A DNA stretch of 62,879 nucleotides, filler included, from Octopus bimaculoides (taxonomy: Eukaryota): the NCBI RefSeq assembly GCF_001194135.2. It is 4 parts of 4 records of this genome, joined end to end, with 100 filler letters (N's around TTAATTAATTAA, not from the genome) between each part and the next. Parts side by side here need not be neighbours in the genome. Positions count along the whole stretch, not along the records: positions 18,161 to 41,983 come from NC_068981.1; positions 42,084 to 59,636 come from NC_069007.1; 2 more parts are not named here. The stretch is one strand, 5' to 3'. Under the pieces are notes generated by a model. That model saw nothing but the letters and a program-made list of their open reading frames with translations. It did not search any database and was not told the origin of the DNA. The translations under genes and the position numbers were made by a program. Position 1 is the stretch's first letter, and the number at the start of each line of letters is the position of its first letter. This document shows positions 28,581 to 42,151 of the stretch, in pieces.

Positions 28581-30518
28581 TTTGTAGTGGGATCAATGTA
28601 AACCAATAATATTTTTCTTAATATGTTTATGTTTCTTTTTCTTCAGAGTATAGAAACTTGATGTTGTGTCATTTATGCTTTATCAAACAGCATTAACTAC
28701 CCAAGTTAAGTAAAATGATCAGAAAGTGAAACTGTGTTTTATCACAGGCATCTGACGCTTACATCTTACGTTGCCACACTTGTCGCTTCTCTGTTTTTAA
28801 AGTCATGTGTAACTGCTACAGTGATCGGAGTTTTCTATATTATGATACTCTCTTCCACAAAAACAAGCGAAAACAAAATAAAATGAAGTAAAACGGAATA
28901 TTAGGGCAGAACCAATAATATCTATTTGATAGATCGCTTCGAATACATTTTAATAATCTTTTTACAATCGGTTTTATTACTTCATCTATTTATTTTGTCT
29001 TTCCTTACTATTTCTATAGAACCAATTTCGTCCATCAAAAAAGGCATCATAACGGATACACATACGCATAAACATTACACACACACACACACACACTCAT
29101 TCACTCACTCACTCACTCACTCACTCACTCACTCACGCACACACACACGCACACTCACGCACACACAAAATATTCGATAACATCGGACATATATATCGAT
29201 CCGGAATTATCTTAACACTGTTACAGCGTTATTTTATTCACTCGTTCTTATCAACGTTGAAAACGAAATATCGGTATGTTTAACGTTTTATTACCTCCAG
29301 ACTAAATCTTTTGATTGGGGTAATAAATACAGGGTTAAGGAAGAACTTGAAGAGAATGGCAGCTGCGAGAATCATTAGTTTGTTAATTTAAAAGATCATG
29401 CTTGATATCCCACCACAAGCAGTGTGATGGCACGCAGTTGTAAATACGTGTCATAAAGTAGTGCGTCTCACGAGTAAAGCAGCGTGCGAGTATAGGATTC
29501 ATAATGTTTTATTTGAACTGAAACTATAGTTTCTAAAGTACTACACTCAGATTCTTGTATTTACGATTTAAAACTTGGTAAGAGCCATCTTGAAGCGTAA
29601 AATAATTTGAAACTGCACAAGGGTTAATCACGCTGTTGTGCTAGATATTATATAAATAAGTACAATTTTGGGCCAGATGATTAGTTGCTTGTATGAAAAG
29701 ACGTTTGTATCTCATTATTTTCTATTGTACCACGATTCCCGTTAGTAATTAAACTTCCATTATATATTTTCTTACCAGTAATTTTCAGATTATTTCGCCC
29801 AGTAGCATTTTACGTACTAGAATGTTACAAAGGGACAAATTTTAGCAATACCAGCTTTTGTTTCAGGCTGAAACATGTACCAAAGAAGAGTAGTGTTTGT
29901 TGACCACAGTAAACAGAAGAAAAGTTGCATAATTGTCGAATATTTTGTTTATGGCCCCAAAAAGCTTCAGTGGACGAAGGCAATACGGAAAAGAAAAGGA
30001 ATTTCAATAGTGGCATGAAAGTGCATAATTTATTTTATTTCATTTTATTCATAGTGGACACTGGAGAAGGACGTTGTTGGTATTCTTTAAGCTGTGACAA
30101 TACAATCCAGATATTAACTAAGATATTAGTTTTCTTCATGGCGTCTTTCCCATCCTCTACACGATTTAAGGTCTTAAATCAATATTTCCAGGCCTGCGCG
30201 AGATCAGCTTAACCACTGTGGCTTTTAACTATCACATCGTAAAATCCTATCATTATAAACTTAAAGATTGTCGTATCGAAATTGTCCTTATTAACTGCAG
30301 CATTCTTTAATGAGCGGAAGAGTAGAGCAGCGGAAAAAATACGACACTGAAACCATGCCTGAGTAAGGCATTTGACTTTCATACTTTCAAGGTCAATAAA
30401 CAGATAATAGTCTAGATTCAGCACACTATACACCCGTCCGATCTTGTACTTATATAGCAAAATATTTTGAACAACGCAGCGACATTGAATGCCAGTTATT
30501 TACCATATGGTGTGTGTA

Positions 30519-30563
<45 letters not shown>

Positions 30564-30759
30564 AAAGGTTGAAAAGTGCTACACTTTTATAAATACATAC
30601 ATACATACATACATACATACGTACGTACGTATGTATACATGTATGTATGTGTGTGTCTGTGTGTGTGTATGTGCGCATATATGTATGTATTAAATAATGT
30701 GTGTACGTTTGTGAATTGTAAGGATAAGATGGAGAATTAAGAAACCAAACGACCTCTTA

Positions 30760-31860
30760 ATTCCACCCCTTTGTGATTACTTATGTCTTCGCGTAAACTG
30801 GGACCTTTGCTGGCCTCTACATGCTGTTTGACATGAAAATCTGCTTTCCTGGAAATATGGACGGTCTTTATGAAGATGATGGACTCCTAATTCTAAATAA
30901 TTTCAGCCCATACACCACTGATCGATTCAAAAAGAGAATCTCAGGAACCACTTTAAGTTCTTACATTTCTGTATAGCAGTTGAAGCTCAGCTATCTGAAT
31001 GTTTCCTTTGATTATTTTTACTACATATCTAAACAATCACTAAATTATATCCATAGACATTGTAACTTCCCTAGACATCATATTAACTAACTATAACGAA
31101 AGTTTCACTTCGGCTTTTAGCTAATGAACGTATTTTTGACAACGCATCTCAGAGGATAAAATTCTACTTTATGACATCTCCAAACCAACCTCCCCGCCAA
31201 AAAAAAAAACAATAACAGGAAAAGGAAACAACCTGATTCTAATTTCCTTTCAACATTATAGTCTCTTCAATGATGTCTCAAATCTTTTTTTAAACTTCTT
31301 ACGAAATCTTTCTCCTTAAACCATAACTTTTTCCAAACCTTTAACAAAAATTCTATTGAGCCTTCGTATTCAACTACTCAAAATTTATATCGGTGTTTGA
31401 GATATAATGGAACCTTTAAACTTAGTAAGTATAACAAATATCATTAGCCCACTAAACACCGAATCGTGCAACTAGAAAAGCCATATAAATGTCCTCTAAG
31501 AAATTCCCTCTAAAATCTAATTGCATTCCTGGAGGTACTATATGCCATTACGTAGATAACACTAATGGTAACGCAAAAGCCTGCATCGTTATTAATCAAG
31601 GTTTCATTCGCACATGCATTCCTTTAAAACCCGTAACAGAAACGAACATCTTTCGTTTTCCAAAGAACATTTCAATAAAACATCATTTCAAACGTAGTAT
31701 ACTTATCAGAGGAAAGCATATGAAGAGATTAATAATCCCAGAAATCTTTGTACCATAGAAGGGTACCACATTCTTTCTACAAAGACCCCATTACTCGACT
31801 ACCATTTAGCAAACATTCCGAAATGCATTAACAGAAAATGTACGCCATATTTATTTTACA
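30760..31860 (+). mobile_element. Highly decayed Penelope-like element
   Basis: GLYEDDGLLILNN...DRFKKRI (RT YxDD equivalent), an NRKRK segment, CPL, HSFK...FSKEH and LCTIE, scattered across frames. Confidence 0.55.
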
Positions 31861-32338
31861 AGCCGATCATCTCCCACATCGCAAACAATGGCCGATATCC
31901 CTGCAAGCGTGCCTAGATTAGTTAGGTCTTTACGTATTATTTTTTTTTACGTTATTCCTTTCATGAAATATTTCATGCTCTTAATTCATTTCCTAACTGA
32001 TAGGTTTTCACCTTCACCATTATGTACTGCTGCAAATCGATCAACGCTAACTACGTATTAATGTGTAAGACTTTTAGATTTGTTTTTGTTTGTTTGTTTT
32101 TTCCCCAATTTCAACCAACTTTATTCATGTTTCATCTTTACTCCATTCTTCTTGACATTCTGAGAGGGATTGCTGGAAAGACTCTTCCATTGCCACTAAA
32201 TCAACAAGGCTGAACACGTGTATATGAATTCATGAATACATCTTAGCTTCTAAAAATGACTATATTTATCCACATTCGCCTGTGATATACGTGTGTGCGC
32301 GCGTGAGTCCTTACACGTACACATCATATATATATATA

Positions 32339-33044
32339 CAGGGTGCCTGTAGCTGTGGTCGTCTAAATTATGCAAAAATAAAAATAACACTGACATCTCA
32401 TTTTAACATATATTTACCAAAATTACATAAAATATATCTTGAGATATTCAATAAAAATCGCCATTGGCTTCAACCACGGCCTCCAGATGACTTCGGAATC
32501 TCCTGTATTTTTCTGGACGGTCTTATCTAAGTTGGTCAATGCTGCCATAATCCTTGCTTTCAGTTCATCTTTGGTGTTACAAAGAGTTTTGTTTGTCTCT
32601 CGTTCAACTGCGCCCCATACATAATAATCAAGGTGGTTGAAGTTTGGGAAGTTAGGTGGCCAGATGTTAGGGGTGATGTGGTCTCAGAAATAGTCTGACA
32701 GTCATGACTGGGTTCTTCTACTTGTTGGCATGGTGTAGAGTGCTGTTACCAGGCATATGGTCTTCCAGCAGTCACCCTCTTGACTTAGGGCAGCACTACC
32801 TCCTCCAGACACTTGATGTAGACCACATGTTGTGTGTGAGGTCGTGTGGGAAGATGAATGGAACCATAACGTCGCTATCACTAGTGATCTCTCCAAACAC
32901 CATGATGCTGACTGGATGTTTGATCTTAATCACTGTTGGTCCATGTCCTCAGATTGACACCCAGGCATTCTGAAATGTTCGTATTGGAGCTTCCGGTGCG
33001 ATTGCCAAGTAGCACAGCATGTCCTTTCCAAATTTACAAGTCTG
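32339..33044 (-). mobile_element. Internally deleted Tc1/mariner DD37D (maT-like) transposon remnant
   Basis: The minus strand encodes IKHPVSIMVFGEITSDSDVMVPFIFP, YIKCLEEVVLP, a WPPN...DYYVWGAVERETNK-like segment and RRFRSHLEAVVEANGDF, with frameshifts. One end starts TA-CAGGGTG at 32339. Confidence 0.85.
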
Positions 33045-33046
33045 TA

Positions 33047-33092
<46 letters not shown>

Positions 33093-33105
33093 TTTTGTAA
33101 GCGCA

Positions 33106-33270
33106 AAGCTTATAAGCAATCACCGTGCAATCACTAACGAAAATGATCTAATGTTTAGGTATATAAGCCCTCGACTACGAGAACCCTGGGGTTTTTTTTC
33201 GTCGAGGGCGTATATACCTCAATATTAGAGTATTTCCTTTAGTTATTGCACGGTGATTGTTTATAAGCTT
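33106..33270. repeat. Palindromic hairpin/MITE-like element (70-bp arms)
   Basis: aagcttataagcaatcaccgtgcaat...gccctcgac pairs with gtcgagggc...attgcacggtgattgtttataagctt. Confidence 0.85.
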
Positions 33271-33329
33271 ATCAAATATTATTTACAGGATATATATATA
33301 TAAGTGTAAGGGATACAGTGAACTTGACG

Positions 33330-33990
33330 TGAGGAGTGGAATATCCAAAGTTTCGGATTCAATCCTTCGTCAGGGGGCAGAGAAAAAGAGAAGATAAAGA
33401 GAAAACGGTCAAACAGAGTCTAAATCATCTCAGCTTGAAAAACTGGCTGCAACTAATAATGGATACAGAATAATACGGGCTGCTAACGTGAAACAGAAGT
33501 TATTGAAGAGGACGTGCTGAAAGGAGAAGGAAAAGGATGATGGTGAGAGTAGTGGTAAGAAAATCCGGGAATGTAATAGAGAGAGAGTGGAAGGAGGTTT
33601 AAAAACGGTAAAAAAAAGAATTAAGGGGACATTAAAAGAATGAAAGGAAAAACGTTCACTTATACCTGTTGGGGACATAGTGCCAAAATCAAATATGAGA
33701 CGTTATTCCTTTCGTTTCCTAGAGAAGTGGGGCCGTGGTGCTTATGAGACTCGCCGAAGTGCAACAGAAGTGGTGTGTTACGTGATATGACTTCTTGGGC
33801 CTCGTGATGTTAGTAATATTGTTGATGTAGGGGCATGTGGTACATTGTTGGCGAGGACATTTAAAGGTTCCTGGTTGTGCGGAGCTTGGAGCTGTGAAGC
33901 TTCTAACAAGGAGATTTCTAAGACACCTATTGTTTTTCGTTTATTTTCACATGTTTAATATGCCTTAGCGTAGATTTGGTGTTAGAGGAG
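33330..33990 (-). mobile_element. Penelope-like element (Neptune-type) 3' fragment
   Basis: QPGTFKCPRQQCTTCPYIN...HHFCCTS (Cys-rich pre-GIY-YIG linker) and LIFDFGTMSPTGISERFSF C-terminus, with a hammerhead-like motif in the terminal repeat. Confidence 0.75.
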
Positions 33991-34900
33991 AAATAGGCAA
34001 CTAAGGCTCATGAGATGTCTGTTAACTACTACCCTAAGCCCTGAAAGTAGAGCAGGTTATGATGATACCTGGTCCCATTACTATTTCGAGTGAACGAGAG
34101 AGCTTCTGCCTAAGCCTAGTCGACCGCGACTAACCTAGGGTTAAATATTAATAACAACAGGATTTAAATATTTTCTCAAATTATATATCATATTTGAAGA
34201 GAAAAAAGACTATTAGCTTCCCCTGTTGTTAACATTTATCATGCAATTCTCTGATAGAAACATTGGTGTCAGATTCCTTTCATACAGTTTTTAGTAGCTC
34301 TACATAAACATCCTTCTACATAGATTTTTAACATGCACGTAATTTATGTCGCACATTAAGTATATGAACCGGAAATTACTGTTACGACTTTGATATTAAG
34401 AATTTTAAAAATATTGGAATAAATTGGACATTTATTGAGTGTCAAAAGATTATACAGAATTACAAAAGAGAAAAAAAAGAGCAAATGGTGCTAAAAGATA
34501 GAAGTCAACTCACCTCGGTTATTAATCTTGCTGATTCTATTTTCATACAATAGAATTACAGTAAATACATACATTTGTACCCGTTTTTTTTTTGAAACAT
34601 AGAAGTCAGTGGGGTCAACAGTTCCACAGTTACTACCACAGTGTCTTTCTTTAATCTCAGAACAATCTCAATCGATAGATATTTTCTCCTGATACAGCGA
34701 ATAGTTAATTGATATTAGGTGTTGCGTGTAACCTCGCGTTTTACTTCCTAACCTATTGTTTGACGGCCACCGCTATTCTTAGTACATTTGAAATTAACCA
34801 TCTGTTGTCAGCATCCCAATGCACAAACATTAAGAATTATAATTTTATTATTATTGTTGTTGTCGTTGTTGTTGTTATAATAATAATAATTATTATTATT

Positions 34901-35660
34901 AAGGCAGCGAGCTGACAGAATCGTTAGCACGCCGGGAAAAATATTATGCAGTATTTCGCCCGTTTTCGCGTTCTGAGTTCAAATTCCGCCGAGATCAACT
35001 TTGCCTCTCGTCATTTCGTAGTCGACAAATTAAGTACCAATTGCCTACTGGGGTAGATCTAATTGATTGGTCCCCTCACCAAAGATTTCGGGCCTTGTGC
35101 CTAGAGTAGAAAAGAATCGTTAGCAGGCCAGGCAAAATGCTTCGTCCGTCTTCATGTTCTAAGTTCAAATTCTGCCGAGGTCGACTTTGCCTTTTACCCT
35201 TTCGGAGTCGATTAAGTAAGTACCAGTTATGCACTGGGGTCAATGTAATCAATTTAATTCCTTCCCCCAAATTTGAGGCATTGAGCCCCCAGTAGAAAGG
35301 ATTATTATTGTAATTATTATCAAGGCAGCGAGCTGACAGGATCGTTAGCATATCGGGCAAAATGCTATGCGATATTTCGTCCGTCTTCACGTTCTGAGTT
35401 CAAATTCCGCCGAGGTCGACTTTGCCTTTCATCCTTTTGAGGTCGATAAAATATGTACTATTACGCACTGGAGTCGATATAATCGTCTAATGCCCTCACC
35501 CAAAATTTCAGGTCTTGTGCCTTTAGTAGAAAGGGTTATTATTATTATTAGGCGATCTCCTAAGATCGTTAACACACTGAGCAAAATGTTTAGCGGTATT
35601 TCGTCCGTCTTTACCATTGCCTTTCATTATTTCGAGGTGGATAAAATAAGTAGCATTATT
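34901..35660 (+). mobile_element. Array of four tandem SINE family A copies
   Basis: Heads at about 34901, 35115, 35322 and 35550, mostly separated by short ATT runs. Confidence 0.85.
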
Positions 35661-35673
35661 TGACAGATATTTG

Positions 35674-36396
35674 TCCTCAGCTGATATACCCTCCAGCATT
35701 CATCAGGTGTCTTGGGGGAAATTTCGAACCTGGGTTCTCATTCCTAAGGTATTTTTCGATATTATTATTCAGGTCACTGCTTGGAATCGAAATCCTGATG
35801 ATAGTAGCCCACACTCTTAACCACTACGCCATATGCCCGTGGGCAATAATGGAGTGAATTTTAGGGCTTATAAATCCAATATCATTCCTATCATACCGGT
35901 TCCCATATGCTACTCATACTTGCACTCGGTCTGCTTAGGAGGTTGTTGTGTCCTAGCATATGTGCTGCCTCTTTTAGTTTTCGTATTTTCCAGTTGTGTT
36001 CTCTGTCTATTATTTTAGCTTCATCCCACAGGGGGAGGTGGTCTCCATTTTTCCATACCTGATCAGCTATACCCGATTTATCAATATCTCCTCGTGTCAC
36101 AGCTTTGCGATGTTCGTCTACCTTTATTTTGAGGGGGCTACATGTTTCGCCTTTGTATAACCTACCACAGCTGCTTGGGATGGAGTACACGCAGTCTTTG
36201 GTCATATTCTCTTCTATTGTTGGTTTTACTCGAAGGAGATATTTGCAAAATGTTGTATTACTCTTGAATAGTGTCCTGATGTCATATGTGCCGCATATCT
36301 TTTTTATCTTTTCGGAGAGGCCTTTCACATAGGGTAGACAGACTGTGGACAGTTTATTGGTTTCATCCTCTCTTTTCTTCATAATATAGAACTGTA
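35674..36396 (-). mobile_element. Penelope-like element 3' part with GIY-YIG endonuclease
   Basis: ORF 35891-36382: VCLPYVKGLSEKIKKIC...CVYSIPSSCGRLYKGET...EHRKAV...KSGIAD...IIDREHNWKIRKLKEA. The terminal region carries a lone CTGATGA at about 35690-35706. Confidence 0.9.
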
Positions 36397-36500
36397 AAAT
36401 AAGTGCCAGTTGAGTACTGGAGCCGATGTAATAGATTTAACTCCTTCCCACAAAAAATTCAGGTCTTGTGCTTATAATAGAAAGGATGATTATTATTATT

Positions 36501-36531
<31 letters not shown>

Positions 36532-36534
<3 letters not shown>

Positions 36535-36620
36535 TACTCATTAGAACGTTCGGTCTTATTTGTTCTGGCAGATTCTGTGAGGGCGGACAGCAGCTTCAGA
36601 TCGGCTTTGACAGCCCAAGT
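36532..36620 (-). mobile_element. 3' UTR tail of the same R4/Dong family as 39965-40293
   Basis: The reverse complement aagctgctgtccgccctcacagaatctgccagaacaaataagaccgaacgttct matches 40228-40285. Confidence 0.6.
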
Positions 36621-36621
36621 A

Positions 36622-38680
36622 GATACTGAGGCGGCGCTGAGGTGCATAAGAAATGACATTGGGTATATAGCGAGGGGCAAACAATACGCCACCCTTTCGA
36701 TGCTGCTTAAATCAGAAGCCCTCGCTGTGAAGCATTCAATGACCCCCTACAAAACCAGCAAAGTCATCATGTACCCCTCCCACATGGAGAAACGTACAGC
36801 CCGTGTCTGCATTCCTAAGCTCCACTCAGGACTAGATATTTGGTGGCTTCTGGGATGCGTAATCGTGGAGGGGACGGATACTGTCCCTATAAAGGGGAAA
36901 ACAAGAAAAGCTCTCCCACTCCTTCACACCAAACAAAAATACACACATAAAGAAGATTATAAACATACACACAGGCACAGACACACTTACAGCAACAGAC
37001 CCTTCACCTTCCGTTCAGTCTGTAGAGGGTGCCCTCTCTTCTCCCTTCTGTACGTAATGACTCTTGAGCCTTTACTGCAGGAACTGGAGCTGCTGGACGG
37101 CATCCCGCTCGAACTGGAACGCAGGAGAGCTGTGTTGGCGTATGCGGAAGACATCAACGTGATGGTGTCGGACACCTCAGAAATCGAAGTGTTCGGCAAA
37201 TTATTGGAAGAATATGAAAAGTTAACGGGTGCAAAACTTAACCCGAAAAAGTCGGTGGGTTGTAACTCGGCACCTGGAGAGGCAAGTCCATGCCATCCAA
37301 CAGCGTCGTTGGGCGCTGGACGGACGGACCGGTAAAGTTGCTTGGGGTTTGGTTCGGACCAGACCTCCAAGTGGATAAGAATTGGGACGAGGTGACGAGC
37401 AGGGTAGCCAGTCTCACCCAGAAATGGGCTGGGAGGAAGCTATCACTGAAAGGTCGAGCAGAGGTGGCGAATGCGTACCTCACGTTCGTCATCTACTACT
37501 GCTTGACCGTCATGCCTTGTCTCCGATCGTACCTCGCCAAGTTAGAACGCCTCCTCTTCAAATTCCTGTGGAGGGGACAGGTTCCATTGATGAGACGGTC
37601 CATCTACTGCAAACAACCTCTACGCGGAAGTCTGGGCATGCTGTGGCTAATGATGCACAGACATGCGCTGAGGCTGCGGTAACTCCAGATATTCTGCCTA
37701 AACGGTGAACAGGTGTGGTCGCTATTTGTCAAACAGGCTTTTCCACAACTCGTCTCCTTGACTGAGCTGCAGTCCTGAGTTAAGAAGAGACCGAGAAAGG
37801 GTGACTGGAATGTTGCCAGGCACTCACTGCACTCTACCACGCTAGGCATTGACAAAGTCGAACTAACCAGTCTGTTCAGAAGAACTTTCGAGTCGTGGAC
37901 GATGGATAACTTCCAGAAATCCCTTGCTTGGCAGTGCTACAGGGGATGGGGGGCACTGCCGGTTCGAGATAAACTCTACAGGCACGGAAGTGCTGTCAGA
38001 TGGACCTGCCCGAGATGTGCGCAGAGCGACGAAACCGTTCTGCATGCACTCATCCAGTGTTCTTGAAATACTGACGTTTAGAGTTATGTTGAACAGCTGT
38101 TATCACGTGTAGGACGGATCCGGCTATCGACTGAGTCCATATTGAAGATCGATCCGCTGCTTTCCATTGATCCGGAAGGACAGGCAATTTTCCTCTGTCG
38201 GGTAACAGTAGCGAAAAAGGTTGTATGGTGGACCAGGTTGAAAGGACTGAAGACAGACACTTTTCTCTTTGGCCAATCACTCATTAACTTGTTTAAATTT
38301 CATTCAGAAAGGAAGATGAGGGTGGAGACAGAAGTGCTGACTCCCAGTACATTTACTAAAAGGTGGGTCAATGTAGCGAAAATTGCACATGTGAGTGAAC
38401 CTACTCTAATAATGCGCCCGCGGGCTAGTGAATTTGTGAGGAAGAAGAGTATTCTTTCCAGATGCCCTCGAAGCGTCGAGTGGTTCAGGATTGGTGGGAC
38501 ACCTGAGCCAACACCGGGTTGTTACCTCCCCTCTATTGGGGAACTTTCATTGTTATATTCTTTTGTTGGATATCATTGTTATTCTTTTAGTTGTGTAATC
38601 GCTGTTTCTGTGTAAAATCCCCACAGTCCATGTCTACTGTATCGTCCCCTATATGTCAGCCCTAGTGGCTAATAAATGAA
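36622..38680 (+). mobile_element. L1/Tx1-clade LINE remnant (putative ORF1 piece fused to RT C-terminal half and 3' UTR)
   Basis: SVCRGCPLFSLLYVMTLEPLL...LAYAEDINVMVSDTSE...VKLLGVWFGPDLQVDKNWDEV...RKLSLKGRAEVAN is closely similar to the 14.9-kb copy. It ends at gctaataaatgaa followed by (AAT)n. Confidence 0.85.
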
Positions 38681-38716
38681 ATAATAATAATAGTAATAAT
38701 AATAATAATAATAATA

Positions 38717-38779
<63 letters not shown>

Positions 38780-39964
38780 TCTTCGTGTCTCTCAAATCAT
38801 TCTATAGTTCCTGAATGGAATATGGTGTGTGTGAACCCGGGATTGTTCTTAGTAAAAATATAGAAAAGCTTTGNNNNNNNNNNNNNNNNNNNNNNNNNNN
38901 NNNNNNNNNNNNNNNNNNNNNNNNNNNNNNNNNNNNNNNNNNNNNNNNNNNNNNNNNNNNNNNNNNNNNNNNNNNNNNNNNNNNNNNNNNNNNNNNNNNN
39001 NNNNNNNNNNNNNNNNNNNNNNNNNNNNNNNNNNNNNACACAGAAACTTATAGTTAAAACGACTTTAAATCAATTTCAACTACAGCAGACAAAAATAGCT
39101 GCCAGGAAACTATTGGCGAAGTCTCGCGTGATCGAGTCGATAAGTTGCGGAAACGAAAGACAAAAGATGCCACCTGCACAGCACTGTGTCTATCTCAAAG
39201 AAAGTTTAAGTCCGAAGTCAATAAAAAAGTGTCAACACGACTGCTCGATATACTAAAAATAACAGTCGAATTTCCTTCCTTTTTGTTTTTTTTTTTTTTT
39301 TTTTTTTACAACGTTCCGATTTTAAGAGGTTTTACAACAAATAACAGCAAAATTCAACTTACACATAATCATCCATAAAAGCGGTAGGTTTCGCAGACAT
39401 TTGATAAAGTGGTCCTAAGTAAACCTAAAGATGGAATGGTGACGGTTTCTGTACCTTTAATCAGATGTTTGCGCATTCAGAGCTGAACTTGTGTTAATCT
39501 ATAACAGCAACATATTGGATAATGCTGTCCTGCATTTACTATGCTTGATGAATAAACCGAAAACTGGATGGCAAAAATTGAATTCTTTTCACATTAACTC
39601 TTGGGGATAAACAACAACGTTTCCATCTCAGTTGACATTACCATAAATTGGACGAACGTTGTTTAAGTGGAGAAGCTTAGAGTAGGGAGATTTATGAAAT
39701 TAATGTCTCACTAGTATTTTATGATGTCTTTCTCAACCCGTCGATACAGGTACACATTCATCACAGTATGGATATACAAGTATAAATAGACAGACAAACA
39801 AACAGACACAAAGACGAATGGACGGACGGGTGGACAGACGGGTGGACAGACGGGCGGACAGACAGACGGACGGACGGATGAATATAGATACAGAGATTAA
39901 AATATGGGGATGCACGCATAAATTACAACGATCTAGAAAATATTGAAACGTGGAGATTACTAAA

Positions 39965-40293
39965 AGAAAAAATTGCAAGAATGTGGACTATGAGGAGTGT
40001 TTGTCGTTCCAGTAGTTGTAGTAGCACTCGGAGTACTAACAACCAAGTTCGAGAAATAAGTCAGAGAAATTGACATGAGAGCAGAGCAAGCCCGAAAAAC
40101 TGCACTGTTGGGGACAGCAAGGATATTGAGATTGGTACTTGGATGTTGAAAGTCTCCCACGATAGCTAACAACCCAGTACCAAAGCATATAATGTGTGGA
40201 AAGAGACCCTCCGAGACCTCTGACAACAAGCTGCTGTCCACTCTTACAGAATCTACCAGAGCAAACAAGATCAAGCGCTCTGAGAAGTAAAAC
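39965..40293 (+). mobile_element. R4/Dong-like 3' terminal fragment
   Basis: IARMW...VVPVVVVALG...KTALLGTARILRLVLGC*, then a 3' UTR and (AAT)n. Confidence 0.75.
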
Positions 40294-40553
40294 AATAATA
40301 ATAATAATATATTCCTAATAGTTATATAAATGTAGAGAACATGTACTTGTTCTCCTACACTGTAATTCATCAGACAATAATTTTAAAATAATACGATTTT
40401 ATTTGGAAAAAATTGCTATTTATAGTTAGTAAAATTCATAAGGCTATAGGGGGAGGAAAAGATATCGAGGAAGAAGGTATAATAAAATAAGGGACTCAAC
40501 TAGGATTATAACCTCTTCTATTCACACTCACACACACGGACACATATATAATG

Positions 40554-40609
<56 letters not shown>

Positions 40610-40971
40610 CACGTAAATATACATGCATATATATTTACCTATCGCTTTTAAGGGTATTTCATTCACCAAAATACTTGGTATTGTACCAGTATTTCCTTGG
40701 ATGCAACCACGAGGTTAGTATATCCTCCAATTAAATTTTGCATGTATATATANNNNNNNNNNNNNNNNNNNNNNNNNNNNNNNNNNNNNNNNNNNNNNNN
40801 NNNNNNNNNNNNNNNNNNNNNNNNNNNNNNNNNNNNNNNNNNNNNNNNNNNNNNNNNNNNNNNNNNNNNNNNNNNNNNNNNNNNNNNNNNNNNNNNNNNN
40901 NNNNNNNNNNNNNNNNNNNNNNNNNNNNNNNNNNNNNNNNNNNNNNNNNNNNNNNNNNNNNNNNNNNNNNN

Positions 40972-41030
<59 letters not shown>

Positions 41031-41234
41031 ATGTATATGTGTATATATATGTGGGGAGAATGCGTGCGTGTGTGTGTGTGTGTGTGTGTAGCCGTGACTG
41101 GTGAAATATCACTATTTCTGTAAAGATTTATACTGGATGAAGGACCAAATTTGTAAAGTAAACTGTGAAATTCTTTATATTTCACCAACAATTTTCATCC
41201 ATTCACATTCTTCACTATCTTTGTATTTTCATAC

Positions 41235-41390
41235 CTTTACATATACTTTCTCTATCTTTGTAATTATATTTATTTGTATTTTTATTCCATAACGGATTTG
41301 ATCCTAAAAGTGAATCCAAAACTATTATAGAACTTGTTATTTCAGTATCTAAAACAATGGTACCATTTGCCAATTTATATTGGTAAATGA
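41235..41390 (-). other. Candidate spliced exon (coding or UTR)
   Basis: Acceptor catttctgtag|TC, donor AAAG|gtatga. 156 nt, phase 1-1, open (IYQYKLANGTIVLDTEITSSIIVLDSLLGSNPLWNKNTNKYNYKDRESICK). Very AT-rich, with no recognisable domain. Confidence 0.3.
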
Positions 41391-42151
41391 CTACAGAAAT
41401 GCTATATTTTATATTTATTTTTGATCCATGCCTATGACAAAATGAACTTACCAATATTTAGATACCTCATTGATTCATCACAATATTTCATTATTCTCAA
41501 TCGTTATTCGAGTTTGGAACAACAGAGCCTAAAAACGGTAAGAAACCCAGATAGTGGGACACTTTTGTGCCAACTAGAATTGAACCTGGTTAACTTGGTT
41601 TTCATATTTGTCTCCTTCCTTTTTTGAACTAACCAGCTGTATAGATATAAACACAATTCCTTCTTCCTTTCTTCCTTCTTTCTTTCCTTCTCTTTTCCAT
41701 TGACACATCTTTCAGATACACAGGCACATACACACGCACGCGCACGCACAGACGCACGCACACACACACAAACACACCCACACTCTCTCCCACAGGACAA
41801 TGATGGCAACTCTTTGAAAAACAACTTTCTTCCAAACAATGCCCCACCTTAAATAGCCACCTGGCTTTGCCATTTTTAAAGCCCAAGAGTAAACTTGTCA
41901 TTGAAAGAACTGACCAGCCGTAAACACAATTTTCTTTTTTCTTCTTTCACCTTTCCTTCTCTTTCCCATTGACACTCCTTTCANNNNNNNNNNNNNNNNN
42001 NNNNNNNNNNNNNNNNNNNNNNNNNNNTTAATTAATTAANNNNNNNNNNNNNNNNNNNNNNNNNNNNNNNNNNNNNNNNNNNNAGGTCTCTATTTACTTC
42101 CTGCATGTCTCTGTGTGTGTGTGTATGTGTGTGTGTATATATATATATATA

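Noticed and set aside
29825-30460. Short ORFs in unique-looking sequence
   Set aside because: No recognisable motif or consistent splice sites. This may be old transposon debris, but I cannot support a call.
34514-34600. Strong minus-strand donor GAG|gtgagt preceded by a signal-peptide-like stretch
   Set aside because: The best-looking frame has an in-frame TAA and no linked downstream exon was identified.
39362-39423. Possible minus-strand exon VYLGPLYQMSAKPTAFMDDY ending at |gtaagt
   Set aside because: Phase 0-2 does not fit the phase-1 gene, and there is no homology signal.
41630-41983. ORFs 41504-41839 and 41629-41901
   Set aside because: They span a local duplication of about 75 bp plus CA and CT-rich tracts, with no domain features.
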